Shown: positions 34,385 through 43,084 of the stretch, in pieces
Layout: each line of letters begins with the position of its first letter
Numbering within the stretch: the first letter of the stretch is position 1
Source of the DNA: Clostridiales bacterium
GTDB lineage: Bacteria > Bacillota > Clostridia > Christensenellales > Aristaeellaceae
NCBI GenBank assembly: GCA_015056305.1
Contig: SVGO01000001.1
Span: 1,602 to 65,601 of the forward strand
Direction: 5' to 3'
DNA: 64,000 nt
The notes under the pieces: model-generated
Told to the model about the DNA's origin: nothing
The model's input: the letters and a program-made list of their open reading frames with translations, nothing else
Database searches by the model: none
Translations under genes and position numbers: made by a program

Positions 34385-35008
34385 TCAGAACGGCAGCTCA
34401 TCATCATCAATCTGGGTAAAGCCAGCATCCGCAGGCTTAAAAGACGGAGCAGCGCCCCTGCCGCCGCCATTACCCTGCAGTAGCTTCGGCTCGGGAATCT
34501 CGAAGTTGCCCTCGCGGATCGTCTGCACGCTGCGCGCTGCGCAGGCCTTGACGGCCGTATGTTTCTTGCCGTCGCTGCTGCCGATGTATTCTTCCTCGCG
34601 GAAGAGCAGGCCGATCAGCTTGCCCTTGAGATTCGCTTCGTTGAGCTGGCCACCCACCACGCATTGGAACGGCTCGTTGCTCTTGTCAATGCAGGTAATC
34701 AGACCCTTGAAGAAGGGATTGGTCGCGCCCTCGTTCGTCAGCAGGAAGCAATCATACGTGCCGCGCCACTTAGCGCCGCTTGCGTCCTTCTCCTTGGCGC
34801 GCTTGAACTGCGCATCGAAGTGTCCAGCGAACTCACCTTCGGCGATGTCGAACGCCAGCACAAGCTTCTGCGCCGGGCCGTTCTTGGTGTTCACCTTCTC
34901 GCAGCGCGCACCGGCGATCTTGCAGATGTAGCCGCCCGGCACAAGCTTCGGACCGCCGCTGCCGTCATAGGCCGCAGCCTGGTTGTAATCACTCGGAAGT
35001 GCGATCAT
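34385..35008 (-). CDS. SSB-like single-strand DNA-binding protein candidate (non-OB-typical body with canonical acidic SSB tail)
   Basis: C-terminus IDDDELPF preceded by a Gly-rich linker. The ATG at 35008 follows GGAGGG. Confidence 0.55.
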   Translation of the reverse strand: MIALPSDYNQAAAYDGSGGPKLVPGGYICKIAGARCEKVNTKNGPAQKLVLAFDIAEGEFAGHFDAQFKRAKEKDASGAKWRGTYDCFLLTNEGATNPFFKGLITCIDKSNEPFQCVVGGQLNEANLKGKLIGLLFREEEYIGSSDGKKHTAVKACAARSVQTIREGNFEIPEPKLLQGNGGGRGAAPSFKPADAGFTQIDDDELPF

Positions 35009-35012
35009 TCTC

Positions 35013-35702
35013 TTAGCCCTCCATTTCGTAATAGGCGCGGATCGTCGCATCCACAGCCTTCAGGTCGTTCGGGATCTTCGCATCGGCAAACATGCCCATC
35101 GGAGATTTGACCACGCTCCTGCCGTCGTTCTGGGTGAGGAACCAATGGTCTACGCCGTCCGTCTCAGCCAGCAGCACGGTCGTAAACAGGCCGGCGACAT
35201 TCAGCTTTTCATCCAGCATGCGGCCCTGCGTCTTCGGCTTGAGCATGCCGCTGTCATCGCGATCCGGATGATGCAGGAAGTACACAATCGCATCGTCCGT
35301 GCGCTTGCGCGTATCGATGTACGTACCGTCCTCCTGCCGCTCCCAGATCGTCGCGCTGCCCACGTCGCGCAGCAGATCATAGAAGCCCTTGGCCATGTCG
35401 GTAAACTTGCCGTAGCCCTTTTCCTCGGCCTTGTCGAAGGCGTCAAACGCCATCAGGTACTGGCTATCGTCGATGACGTAGCGCTTGTATTTGCCGCTGC
35501 GCACCGCGCGCTTGATCAGTTCATACATCATCGTCACGTTCGCCGCATTGCTCACGTTCACCACATGGTTGCCGAAGCCGTTGCGGAAGGGCAGGCGCTT
35601 GCCAGCCACGTTGAGCACGCACACCTCGCCCGGCTGGAAGTTGCGAAGGCTGGCGCTCTTACCGCTGCCGCTTTCGCCCAGAATCATTACAATCTCTGCC
35701 AT
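35013..35702 (-). CDS. Sak4-like RecA-fold ATPase (single-strand annealing/recombination)
   Basis: Walker A GESGSGKS near the N-terminus. 229 aa. Adjacent to the SSB-like gene. Confidence 0.65.
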   Translation of the reverse strand: MAEIVMILGESGSGKSASLRNFQPGEVCVLNVAGKRLPFRNGFGNHVVNVSNAANVTMMYELIKRAVRSGKYKRYVIDDSQYLMAFDAFDKAEEKGYGKFTDMAKGFYDLLRDVGSATIWERQEDGTYIDTRKRTDDAIVYFLHHPDRDDSGMLKPKTQGRMLDEKLNVAGLFTTVLLAETDGVDHWFLTQNDGRSVVKSPMGMFADAKIPNDLKAVDATIRAYYEMEG

Positions 35703-35709
35703 TGTCTTT

Positions 35710-35862
35710 CTACCTTTCTTCGTCTTTGTAATCGATTTCAAACGGATTGCCCGTATCATCGTCGTATGGATTGCGGATATTTCCGTACCCGTGTCCCCAA
35801 TCATCACAGCGGCCGCAGCCGTCGCACTCATTCTTCAGGAACAGCTTGCATCCGAACGCCAT
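35710..35862 (-). CDS. 50-aa Cys-rich peptide
   Basis: The ATG at 35862 is preceded by GGAGGG. CDGCGRC motif. Confidence 0.3.
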   Translation of the reverse strand: MAFGCKLFLKNECDGCGRCDDWGHGYGNIRNPYDDDTGNPFEIDYKDEER

Positions 35863-36118
35863 CGGCTTTCCCTCCCCATGCTTCTTCAAACTTGGCGAGA
35901 ACGCTGTATGTGAACTGCTCCTCAGGGAATCGGTGCAGGATACCTTCCCAGTCTTCCGCGTCGTGGGACAGCGCCTTGGCAAACTCAAGCAGCTCTTCGC
36001 TGGTGAGCGCACCAATGTTCTTTAGCTCTATCGAATAGCTGGGCTTTCCCTCATTGTTCAGCCTGCCGGTGACGATCAGCGCTTCACCCTCAAGCTCAAA
36101 CTTTCTGAGCCTGGCCAT
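35828..36118 (-). CDS. hypothetical protein
   Basis: 96-aa ORF. Confidence 0.45.
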   Translation of the reverse strand: MARLRKFELEGEALIVTGRLNNEGKPSYSIELKNIGALTSEELLEFAKALSHDAEDWEGILHRFPEEQFTYSVLAKFEEAWGGKADGVRMQAVPEE

Positions 36119-36233
36119 TCGTCTTCACCTCTTCCTGGATCTGCATCCACATCGCGCCCAAGCAGAACACCGTGCAGGCTACGACAATCGGCACACCGAA
36201 CAACAGAATCAGCAAAACCTGAATCAGCGTCAT
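36096..36233 (-). CDS. 45-aa single-TM peptide
   Basis: ATGA overlap with the upstream stop. MTLIQVLLILLFGVPIVVACTVFCLGAMW. Not in the ORF track (under 60 aa). Confidence 0.3.
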   Translation of the reverse strand: MTLIQVLLILLFGVPIVVACTVFCLGAMWMQIQEEVKTNGQAQKV

Positions 36234-36481
36234 GCAGCAGCAGCCCCCTCTCCCATTGTCTGGTCGAACACCATGCCATGCTTCTCAAAGAGGATCGACA
36301 GCAGCCTCATCTCAAACACCCGCAGCGTCCGCGGATGTTCGTAGCGGTTATAGAAGCTGTTGCGCTTGATCCCCGCTGCGTCAGCAACATCGGCCTTGTT
36401 CTTCGTGTGCATCCTGACCATCAGCAGGTCGATCTGCTCCCGGAAGTTATCGTCGGCCAGCTGCCATCTCGATTTCTTCAT
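36230..36481 (-). CDS. small hypothetical protein, possible HTH
   Basis: 83 aa. KADVADAAGIKRNSFYNRY. Confidence 0.4.
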   Translation of the reverse strand: MKKSRWQLADDNFREQIDLLMVRMHTKNKADVADAAGIKRNSFYNRYEHPRTLRVFEMRLLSILFEKHGMVFDQTMGEGAAAA

Positions 36482-36628
36482 TGCGCTTTTCTCCTTTCCG
36501 TGCTATACTTTAGATGTGTTTTTTGCTCTGCTCCTCGTCGGCGTTGGCGCGCTGGCGGGAGCTTTTTTTATTTCCGTCCGGCGGTGGAAGCGCCGGATAT
36601 CGGCTTCTTGGATTTGGTGCGTTGCCCG

Positions 36629-37189
36629 TCAGTTCAGCACAGGCAGTGGCATCGGATCGCCGCAGTTCTCGCAGTGGATCGTCGGCTCTTCGCTCAGCTC
36701 CGTCGGGAACGTGCTGGGATCGCGCTTCCATTTCAGCTTGCCATCCTTGCCATAGCTGGCAATGATCACGCCGTAGATCTTCGCAGAGAACAGACCTTGC
36801 TGCATCGGTGCGTGCGGATTGTGCTCCGGCAAATACTTCGTGCTGATGCAATGCCAAGCGCCCCACTTGCCATCGTATTTCTTGATGACCACTTCCGGCC
36901 CGTTCCCTACGACGTGCATCTGCTGGCACAGACAGCAGTCATAGCTGCCGTCGCCGCCTCTGCATTTCAGTCTTTCCGGCCTCGGGAAATGCTTGAAGTC
37001 AACAATGACCTTGCCGCCATCCTCAATGCCTGCGCCTTCCATACAATGGCCCACCACAGGGAACGCAACCATATCGGCAAACTTGACCAGGTTCTGAATG
37101 TCCCGATCCTTCAGATAATTCTCCGATACCGGAATATCAGGAAGCGTTTCCGGGAACTCGTCGCCGATGATGAGAACTTTACTTTTCAT
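36629..37189 (-). CDS. stand-alone S24 (LexA/UmuD)-like protein with Cys in place of the nucleophile Ser, plus Cys clusters
   Basis: GHCMEGAGIEDGGKVIVDF compares with the canonical GDSMxPxIxDGDxVxV. VVIKKYDG matches the Lys motif. CCLC and CENCG clusters. No HTH. Confidence 0.5.
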   Translation of the reverse strand: MKSKVLIIGDEFPETLPDIPVSENYLKDRDIQNLVKFADMVAFPVVGHCMEGAGIEDGGKVIVDFKHFPRPERLKCRGGDGSYDCCLCQQMHVVGNGPEVVIKKYDGKWGAWHCISTKYLPEHNPHAPMQQGLFSAKIYGVIIASYGKDGKLKWKRDPSTFPTELSEEPTIHCENCGDPMPLPVLN

Positions 37190-37213
37190 TGATCTTCACC
37201 TCGTTGCAAATGT

Positions 37214-37438
37214 TCAAGCACTTTGAACTTCCGGGGTAAAAAAATATAGACCAATCTCAGCGTCCGGGATCTGAAGAACCTGACACGCCTTCCGAATTTC
37301 ATTCTGCTTCCACGGAATGCGATTGTTCAGCTTCAAAGACACCGTACGTTCAGATAAGTCCATACTATCTGCAAATTTAGCCTGGGTACCGCATATCTCA
37401 GTAATCTTTCCCAGCAGCTTCGCGTAATCAAACTTCAT
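37214..37438 (-). CDS. Cro-like XRE-family regulator
   Basis: First gene of the leftward operon, divergent from the repressor. The ATG at 37438 follows GGAGGTGA. HTH GTQAKFADSMDLSERTVSLKL. Confidence 0.7.
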   Translation of the reverse strand: MKFDYAKLLGKITEICGTQAKFADSMDLSERTVSLKLNNRIPWKQNEIRKACQVLQIPDAEIGLYFFTPEVQSA

Positions 37439-37490
37439 GTATCTCACCTCCATCCTTTGCTCAGAAGTTCAACTCCATTGAACAATTGTG

Positions 37491-37519
37491 ATTCTAGCAC
37501 ACAGCTGAACTTGTGTCAA
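37491..37519 (-). promoter_or_regulatory. leftward early promoter (PR-like)
   Basis: Minus strand reads TTGACA, 17 nt, TAGAAT with an upstream TG. Overlaps operator-like site 37505-37520. Confidence 0.55.
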
Positions 37520-37557
37520 TAGAAAATTCAATTATTTTGAACTTTTGTTTTTTGCTC

Positions 37558-37586
37558 TTGAACTTTTGTTCAAGACATGATACAAT
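37558..37586 (+). promoter_or_regulatory. repressor promoter (PRM-like) overlapping a perfect operator palindrome
   Basis: TTGAAC (37558-37563), 17 nt, TACAAT (37581-37586) with an upstream TG. Palindrome TTGAACTTTTGTTCAA at 37558-37573. Confidence 0.55.
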
Positions 37587-37610
37587 AAACAAAAACCAGA
37601 GGAGGCTGTA

Positions 37611-38303
37611 ATGAATAAAGAAACAACCGCGTCACGTTTGAAACACCTGATGAAGTTGCGCAATTTGCGACAAGTTGACATTCTCAATCGAGCCCTTCCA
37701 TATGCAGAACTGTTTGGAATCAAACTAAACAAATCTGACATCAGCCAATATGTTTCCGGTAAAGTTGAACCAGGGCAGGATAAACTCTTCATTCTTGGTG
37801 AAGCTCTGAATGTCAGTCCGGCATGGCTGTTGGGCTATGATATCCCTATGAATTGTGAGCAGGTTGTTTCTACTACTGACGCAATCCCCAACCACCCCGA
37901 CATCCTTCCAGTCACTACGCAATACGTCCCCCTGCTGGGCGACATCGCCTGCGGCGAGCCGATCTATGCAGAGGAAAACCTTTCTGCTGTGCTGGCCGTC
38001 GGCGCGGAAGTCGATTGCGACTTCGCCCTGCGCTGCCGGGGAGATAGCATGATCGGCGCGAGGATCTATGATGGCGATATCGTCTTCATCAAGAAACAGG
38101 ATACTGTGATGGATGGCGAGATTGCCGCCGTGATTCTGGATGATGACGCCACGCTCAAGCGCGTGTATCGTCTGGCTGACGGCCGCATTGAGCTGCGCGC
38201 AGAGAATCCTATGTACAAATCCATCATCGTCGGTGGCGACGCTGAAACCAGAAGCTTCCACATTCTGGGCAAGGCGGTTGCTTTCCAAAGCAGGGTGATA
38301 TGA
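37611..38303 (+). CDS. CI-like repressor (XRE HTH plus S24 autopeptidase)
   Basis: N-terminal HTH. CRGDSMIGARIYDGDIVFI with downstream ATLKR (Ser/Lys dyad). GGAGG RBS. Confidence 0.9.
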   Translation: MNKETTASRLKHLMKLRNLRQVDILNRALPYAELFGIKLNKSDISQYVSGKVEPGQDKLFILGEALNVSPAWLLGYDIPMNCEQVVSTTDAIPNHPDILPVTTQYVPLLGDIACGEPIYAEENLSAVLAVGAEVDCDFALRCRGDSMIGARIYDGDIVFIKKQDTVMDGEIAAVILDDDATLKRVYRLADGRIELRAENPMYKSIIVGGDAETRSFHILGKAVAFQSRVI

Positions 38304-38644
38304 TGAAGAAGATTCTTGTGTTTCTTCTGCTGATCGCGCTGGCCGTCCCTGCTTCCGCTGCCCCTTCCGATCCAGAAGCGTTCGCCGATTGGTTTGTGGC
38401 ACAGGGCTTCGAGGGCCGAGAGTATTATCAATGGGCCGCGATCCTCAATGCGCTGACAGATGGGATCGACCGCAGCCGCGAAGCCCATCAGGAAATCAAA
38501 ACGCCGGTCTTCGTCGCGATCTTGACCGGCACCGTCTATCATAATCAAGACTGCACCGCATTAAAAAACAGCTCCCGCATCCTCGAGCTTGATCTGCTCG
38601 AAGCGCAGGAGCGTGGGTTTGAAGCGTGCAGTAGATGTAAATAG
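38300..38644 (+). CDS. secreted small protein with C-terminal Cys/His motif (moron)
   Basis: Signal peptide MMKKILVFLLLIALAVPASA. C-terminus YHNQDCTALKNSS...GFEACSRCK. Confidence 0.55.
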   Translation: MMKKILVFLLLIALAVPASAAPSDPEAFADWFVAQGFEGREYYQWAAILNALTDGIDRSREAHQEIKTPVFVAILTGTVYHNQDCTALKNSSRILELDLLEAQERGFEACSRCK

Positions 38645-38655
38645 GAGAATCGTAT

Positions 38656-39141
38656 ATGAAAAAGTTTCTTGCCATGCTTTTGCTGATAGTCGTCGCAATA
38701 CCATGCCATGCAATGGCAGAATCCACTTACGCTGACGGTGTTTTTACACCGCTTAGTATGATTGAAGGTAGCGGAATTACTTTAGCAGAACACGCCGACA
38801 ATGGATATACACGCGCATTGTTTACTCTACTCATTGGTTTATCGCTCAATATGGATGAAGACTATGGAAATGATCTTGATCTAACAAGAGTAGATAATAT
38901 CTACCATGCCGGTTTTGTTGATGACTACTCCATTATTACCCTTCAATCTACCGACACCTTTATTATGGTATTCTATGTGCCCAATAGCGAAGAATCTTTC
39001 TTCTCCGTGTCCGACGTTGCTTCTTCCAATGGGTTATTTACGATGGCACAATCAATGTGCGACACATTATATAAAATTGACATGCAAGATTTCGCAGACG
39101 CAATGAGCGATTTCAATGCTCTAATTGCCAAGAACAAATAA
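38656..39141 (+). CDS. secreted protein, AT-richer moron
   Basis: Signal peptide MKKFLAMLLLIVVAIPCHAMA. AGGAGA RBS. Visibly lower GC than its neighbours. Confidence 0.55.
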   Translation: MKKFLAMLLLIVVAIPCHAMAESTYADGVFTPLSMIEGSGITLAEHADNGYTRALFTLLIGLSLNMDEDYGNDLDLTRVDNIYHAGFVDDYSIITLQSTDTFIMVFYVPNSEESFFSVSDVASSNGLFTMAQSMCDTLYKIDMQDFADAMSDFNALIAKNK

Positions 39142-39262
39142 AAAACGCCCGCCGGAGCTTCCACCTTCCGACGGGCAACGCACCACCAAACCTCGACCAA
39201 GAAGCCAGTATGTGCGCTTCCATTATAGCACATGCCTGGCTGTAATGAAAGGAAAATCAAAT

Positions 39263-40519
39263 ATGGCAAACACGAAATCCAAGCGCCCCAAGCGCGGCGC
39301 AGACGGCCAGTACCACGTTCAGAAGTACATCGGCAGGCGCGCCGACGGCTCCCGCTATTACAAGTGGTTCCACAATAAGGATTGGAACGCGCTGATTCTT
39401 GACGTTGCTCTTGAGAAGAAAGCCTTCGCCGCCGGCCAGATCCCGGAAGAGGAGACGCGCAGGCAGACTGAAGCGAAGCCCAAGGAGATGACGCTTGGCG
39501 ATGCAATTGACAAGTACATTGATACTTGCCGCGTACTGACCAAGGGCAAGGACTTCTCCCATAGCACCATCCCCGGATACAAATCCATCCGGGAGCATGC
39601 TTTCCAAGATATCATCGACAAGCCCATCAGCCAGATTACCGTTGACGATATCCAGACTTCGCTGGACAGACGCGCCACCCAGGTCAAGAAGCTCAAGAAT
39701 GGCAAGGAGAAAACCCTGTCCCCCAAGACGATCAAGAATGAGTATTACCTGCTCAAGCCTGTCATGGATAAATACGCGCCGGATCTGAACCTGAAGACCA
39801 TCAAGCTGGCCAAGCGCAAAAAGAAAAAGGCGCTGATCCTGAACAACTCAGACGCGCCCATTATCCTCAAAGCAGCTTATGATCTGCACCCGGAGTTCTT
39901 CCTGTATACGCTCCTCACCATGAACACCGGAATGCGTCCCTCTGAGGTCTACGCGCTCCGCTGGGGCGATATCAGCGCCGAGCCGGAGATTGCCCTTGTC
40001 GATGGCAAGAAGGTCGTATACGGGCAAATTGACGTTCACAAGGCCATGGTCATGAATGAGGATCGCGTATACGAGGAGAAGGGCACGAAGACCGAAGCCG
40101 GCGAACGTGTGCTCAATCACGCATGGTCACTCTTCCAAGCGATCTATTCTATCAAGCAGCGCGGCGAAGATGACGATCGAATCCTTGAGATGACTCCCCG
40201 CCGGCAGCAGTATTACTGGGATCTGCTCCGCACCAATCTTGGCCTGCCCAAGGAGCGCCGCTTCTACGATTTGCGACACTATCATTGCTCCGTCATGGTG
40301 GCCACCGGCGCTCCCGAGGATTACATCGCCGCGGACATGGGACACAGCACCATTCAGATGGCGCACGATGTCTATGTTGAGATCATCGGCGAGAAGCAAC
40401 AGGGTATTTTCGCCGGCGTTGCAACGCATACGGATGACCTGATTGCGCAGTTTAATTCGCTCAATGCAACAGACGATGCAACGGCTGGGCCAAAAGTACT
40501 TGCATTGACTGGAAACTAA
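39263..40519 (+). CDS. int: tyrosine integrase
   Basis: The ATG at 39263 follows AAAGGAAAA. Catalytic-region motifs RPSEVYALRW, LRHYH, GHSTIQMAHDVY. The stop lies 3 nt before the att repeat. Confidence 0.9.
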   Translation: MANTKSKRPKRGADGQYHVQKYIGRRADGSRYYKWFHNKDWNALILDVALEKKAFAAGQIPEEETRRQTEAKPKEMTLGDAIDKYIDTCRVLTKGKDFSHSTIPGYKSIREHAFQDIIDKPISQITVDDIQTSLDRRATQVKKLKNGKEKTLSPKTIKNEYYLLKPVMDKYAPDLNLKTIKLAKRKKKKALILNNSDAPIILKAAYDLHPEFFLYTLLTMNTGMRPSEVYALRWGDISAEPEIALVDGKKVVYGQIDVHKAMVMNEDRVYEEKGTKTEAGERVLNHAWSLFQAIYSIKQRGEDDDRILEMTPRRQQYYWDLLRTNLGLPKERRFYDLRHYHCSVMVATGAPEDYIAADMGHSTIQMAHDVYVEIIGEKQQGIFAGVATHTDDLIAQFNSLNATDDATAGPKVLALTGN

Positions 40520-40522
40520 ATA

Positions 40523-40549
40523 GGTTCGAGTCCCACCACCGGCACCATT
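40523..40549. repeat. attR of prophage 1 (= attL of the decayed neighbour): partial tRNA-Leu 3' end
   Basis: Identical 27-mer to 402-428. No tRNA 5' half precedes it. Confidence 0.85.
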
Positions 40550-40818
40550 CAAGGAATTCAGCAATTGCTGGATTCCTTCTTTTTTTCAATTATTATTTGC
40601 TTTCTCTTTTTATCTCTCTGGATTATTGTACAGGCAGATGGCGTAAAATACAACACAATGGAGCGCAATGCAGCAGCAAATGCAACGCAAAAGCGCCCTG
40701 CCGGCATACAGCCGGCAGGGCGCTCATCGTTGTTTTGCTTTTATTTCAACCGTCATTTCCACATTGTCCTGTCCATTCGAATCTCGCATCAAACGGTTTA
40801 TCCGTCCCTGCTTCCCGG

Positions 40819-41358
40819 TCAATCCACGCTTCCAACAAGCACGCGCCAGTCGCCAATCGGTGAAAAATGATTTCCGGCAGAATCAATGATTGTGATCACC
40901 GTATCGGCGGGGTCATCAAGCCCATCATTCTGATTCATGCCGGCCTCATCGCTTTGAGCGCCCTCTTCCAGCGCTGCAATGTGCTTATGCCGGCCAAGGC
41001 AGTCCCAGCTGGCGTCCAGCGGCGTCTCAATCACGCAGCCGGAAACAGAGCTGGAATGGATCACTGTCCCCCTGTCCGTCACCAGACCGACATGGTGGAC
41101 GTCATCGCCGGATCGCTTGAACGCCAGCATGCCGCCGCGCGCGCCTTTGGTTCCTTCCTGCCGCCAGATCAGATGACGGTACTTGCTGCTGTTGCCAATC
41201 GATCGCCACAGCCAGTTTGTCCCCTCGCATCTGTAATCCGGCACGCCGCCTGCGCTGCGCCTGATCACTTCCCGGATCAGCGCAATGCAGTCCATGTCCT
41301 CGTATGCCGTCCCGATGCGCGCCTGCGCAGATCGAATCGCTTCATGCGCCCTGATCAC
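40819..41358 (-). CDS. NlpC/P60 endolysin paralog
   Basis: Aligns along its length with 1085..1621 (IRSAQARxGTAYxxMDCIALIRxVIxRSAGGVxDYRCEGTNWLWRSI). Confidence 0.75.
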   Translation of the reverse strand: MIRAHEAIRSAQARIGTAYEDMDCIALIREVIRRSAGGVPDYRCEGTNWLWRSIGNSSKYRHLIWRQEGTKGARGGMLAFKRSGDDVHHVGLVTDRGTVIHSSSVSGCVIETPLDASWDCLGRHKHIAALEEGAQSDEAGMNQNDGLDDPADTVITIIDSAGNHFSPIGDWRVLVGSVD

Positions 41359-41542
41359 CCGTTCCGCCTCCTTTGCACAGCGCCCACCATATGAGCGCAG
41401 TAAAAATGATCCAGATCATCCGCTCGCTCCTTACCTATTGCTTATTTGCCATCAGCAGCGCCGCTGTCACAAAGCCGATCATTCCTGCCAGTGGGACGAT
41501 CCAGATAAGATGCATTGCGTTGATCATCCACGTCCCTCCTGA

Positions 41543-43084
41543 TCAAATCGGCTCGTTGACCGTGATGATGGAACTCTCGTTCAGATCGCCACAGCAAATT
41601 CGAATATAATCATAACTGCCCCAGCCGGACGGCGCGGTCAACTGGATTACGTCACCGTTATCACCGTATACGGGATTAAACACATCTGCCGGCGGGTTGG
41701 CCGGATTGTGGCTTGCGTTGATGAGTTTCTGGAACGTGGAGCTGTATACGAAAAACGTGGTTCGCGGCGTACTGCCGCCATCACCCGAAATGTCATAGTA
41801 TTCCATGTTCTTGAATCGGATGATGTCTCCCGTCTTTGCAGGAATCAGACCCGTCACACACCAACCGGTGGCAGCAGTATCACCGCTGGAAGACGTGCGC
41901 GTGTTGATCTTGTAGCCGTCCGGCACGCCGTCATTATTGTAGTCATCGCCGAAAATGGCTGTACCATCCAGCGTAAGCGACTTTTTAAGCCAGTTGGTGT
42001 ATGTCACAACATCCGGGATCGCGAGACTGCGCGTAGAACCGCGCCCGACATTGATGACCTTTATTGTCTTCGCTGTGTAATCCGCAATGACAGCATACAC
42101 ACAGCTCTCCGTGGTCGTGCCTTTTACCGGATCGTAGTCCGCTTCGCGCTCCTGCCATGCGTCGCACTCCGTCAGGATAACCGGGATTCCCCTTGCGGTA
42201 GCAAAATCATAGTCCTGATGGACATGACCGCCGATGATGAATTCAATCTTACCCCCGGCATCCGTAAAGTCGTAAGGCAAACTATGCTTTGCGGTTGTGC
42301 CGCTCTTTCGATAATTATAATCATCGAACAGATCGAGCAATACCTGTACATAATCCTCCGGAGTGGTGATAATCCCGCCATTGGCGTAATCGTTGTTGAG
42401 CCACAGATGGCTGATCATGACGATATGCCAGTTCTTCGGCGTGCTCAGAAGCGTGTCGATGCACCACTGCAGCTCATCAGAATAGACCCACATCCGTCCT
42501 GTGCTCAGGCAGATGTAGCGCGTTTTTTCGATATGGTTGTCCATGCAGTAGTACATCTTTCCGTTCGTCGCATCGGTGCCCATCGCCATATCGCTTGTGC
42601 GCGGAATAAAGAAATCCGCCCGATCCCCGGCAGTTGATAACTCAGTAACCTGATTATCATGGTTCCCGATCACACTGTGGTGATTAGGAATATCGCCGAC
42701 CAATTCTTTCCAGTCAGAGAGAATGTCGATTTCTCCAGAGCCCGCAACCGCAGCATCACCGCCGAAGAATGTTTTTGTCATGCCGGTATTTTTGCTCAGG
42801 TATTTAAGCAGAACGGGAGACACGCCGTGATTGGTCGTCCAGTGCGCGTCTGTGTACCAAAGAAAAGCAGATTTGTTATCCCCAGCATCGTTGAGGGCAT
42901 CGTTGATCTCTGCCGCCTTCGTCTCGAGATACGTGCGCCAGTAATCCGGCACTGCGCCGACGCCAATCGAACTGATCATCGACGGCATCTCATCCGGCGT
43001 CATGGTCGCGGTCGTGCCAAGCTGCGCTCTTACTGCATCCGCGATGGCTGTGAGCTTGCTGTCCTCAATCTTCCGATACGCCAT
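41543..43084 (-). CDS. tail-fibre-like protein with calcineurin-type metallophosphoesterase core
   Basis: Motifs YTDAHW, GNHDN, GGHVHQD. N-terminal KLTAIADAVR fibre-like segment. Located next to the collagen-like fibre gene. Confidence 0.55.
   Translation of the reverse strand: MAYRKIEDSKLTAIADAVRAQLGTTATMTPDEMPSMISSIGVGAVPDYWRTYLETKAAEINDALNDAGDNKSAFLWYTDAHWTTNHGVSPVLLKYLSKNTGMTKTFFGGDAAVAGSGEIDILSDWKELVGDIPNHHSVIGNHDNQVTELSTAGDRADFFIPRTSDMAMGTDATNGKMYYCMDNHIEKTRYICLSTGRMWVYSDELQWCIDTLLSTPKNWHIVMISHLWLNNDYANGGIITTPEDYVQVLLDLFDDYNYRKSGTTAKHSLPYDFTDAGGKIEFIIGGHVHQDYDFATARGIPVILTECDAWQEREADYDPVKGTTTESCVYAVIADYTAKTIKVINVGRGSTRSLAIPDVVTYTNWLKKSLTLDGTAIFGDDYNNDGVPDGYKINTRTSSSGDTAATGWCVTGLIPAKTGDIIRFKNMEYYDISGDGGSTPRTTFFVYSSTFQKLINASHNPANPPADVFNPVYGDNGDVIQLTAPSGWGSYDYIRICCGDLNESSIITVNEPI

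Larger units (their letters stand above)
402..40549. mobile_element. temperate prophage (~40.1 kb) integrated in the tRNA-Leu 3' end
   Basis: Perfect 27-bp flanking direct repeats. Tyrosine integrase abuts the right repeat. Complete lysis, head, packaging, replication and lysogeny modules lie between the repeats. Confidence 0.9.

Noticed and set aside
39125-39262. N-terminal extension of the integrase ORF (track start 39125)
   Set aside because: The extension overlaps the end of the upstream gene and the terminator-like hairpin and lacks an RBS. The ATG at 39263 has one.
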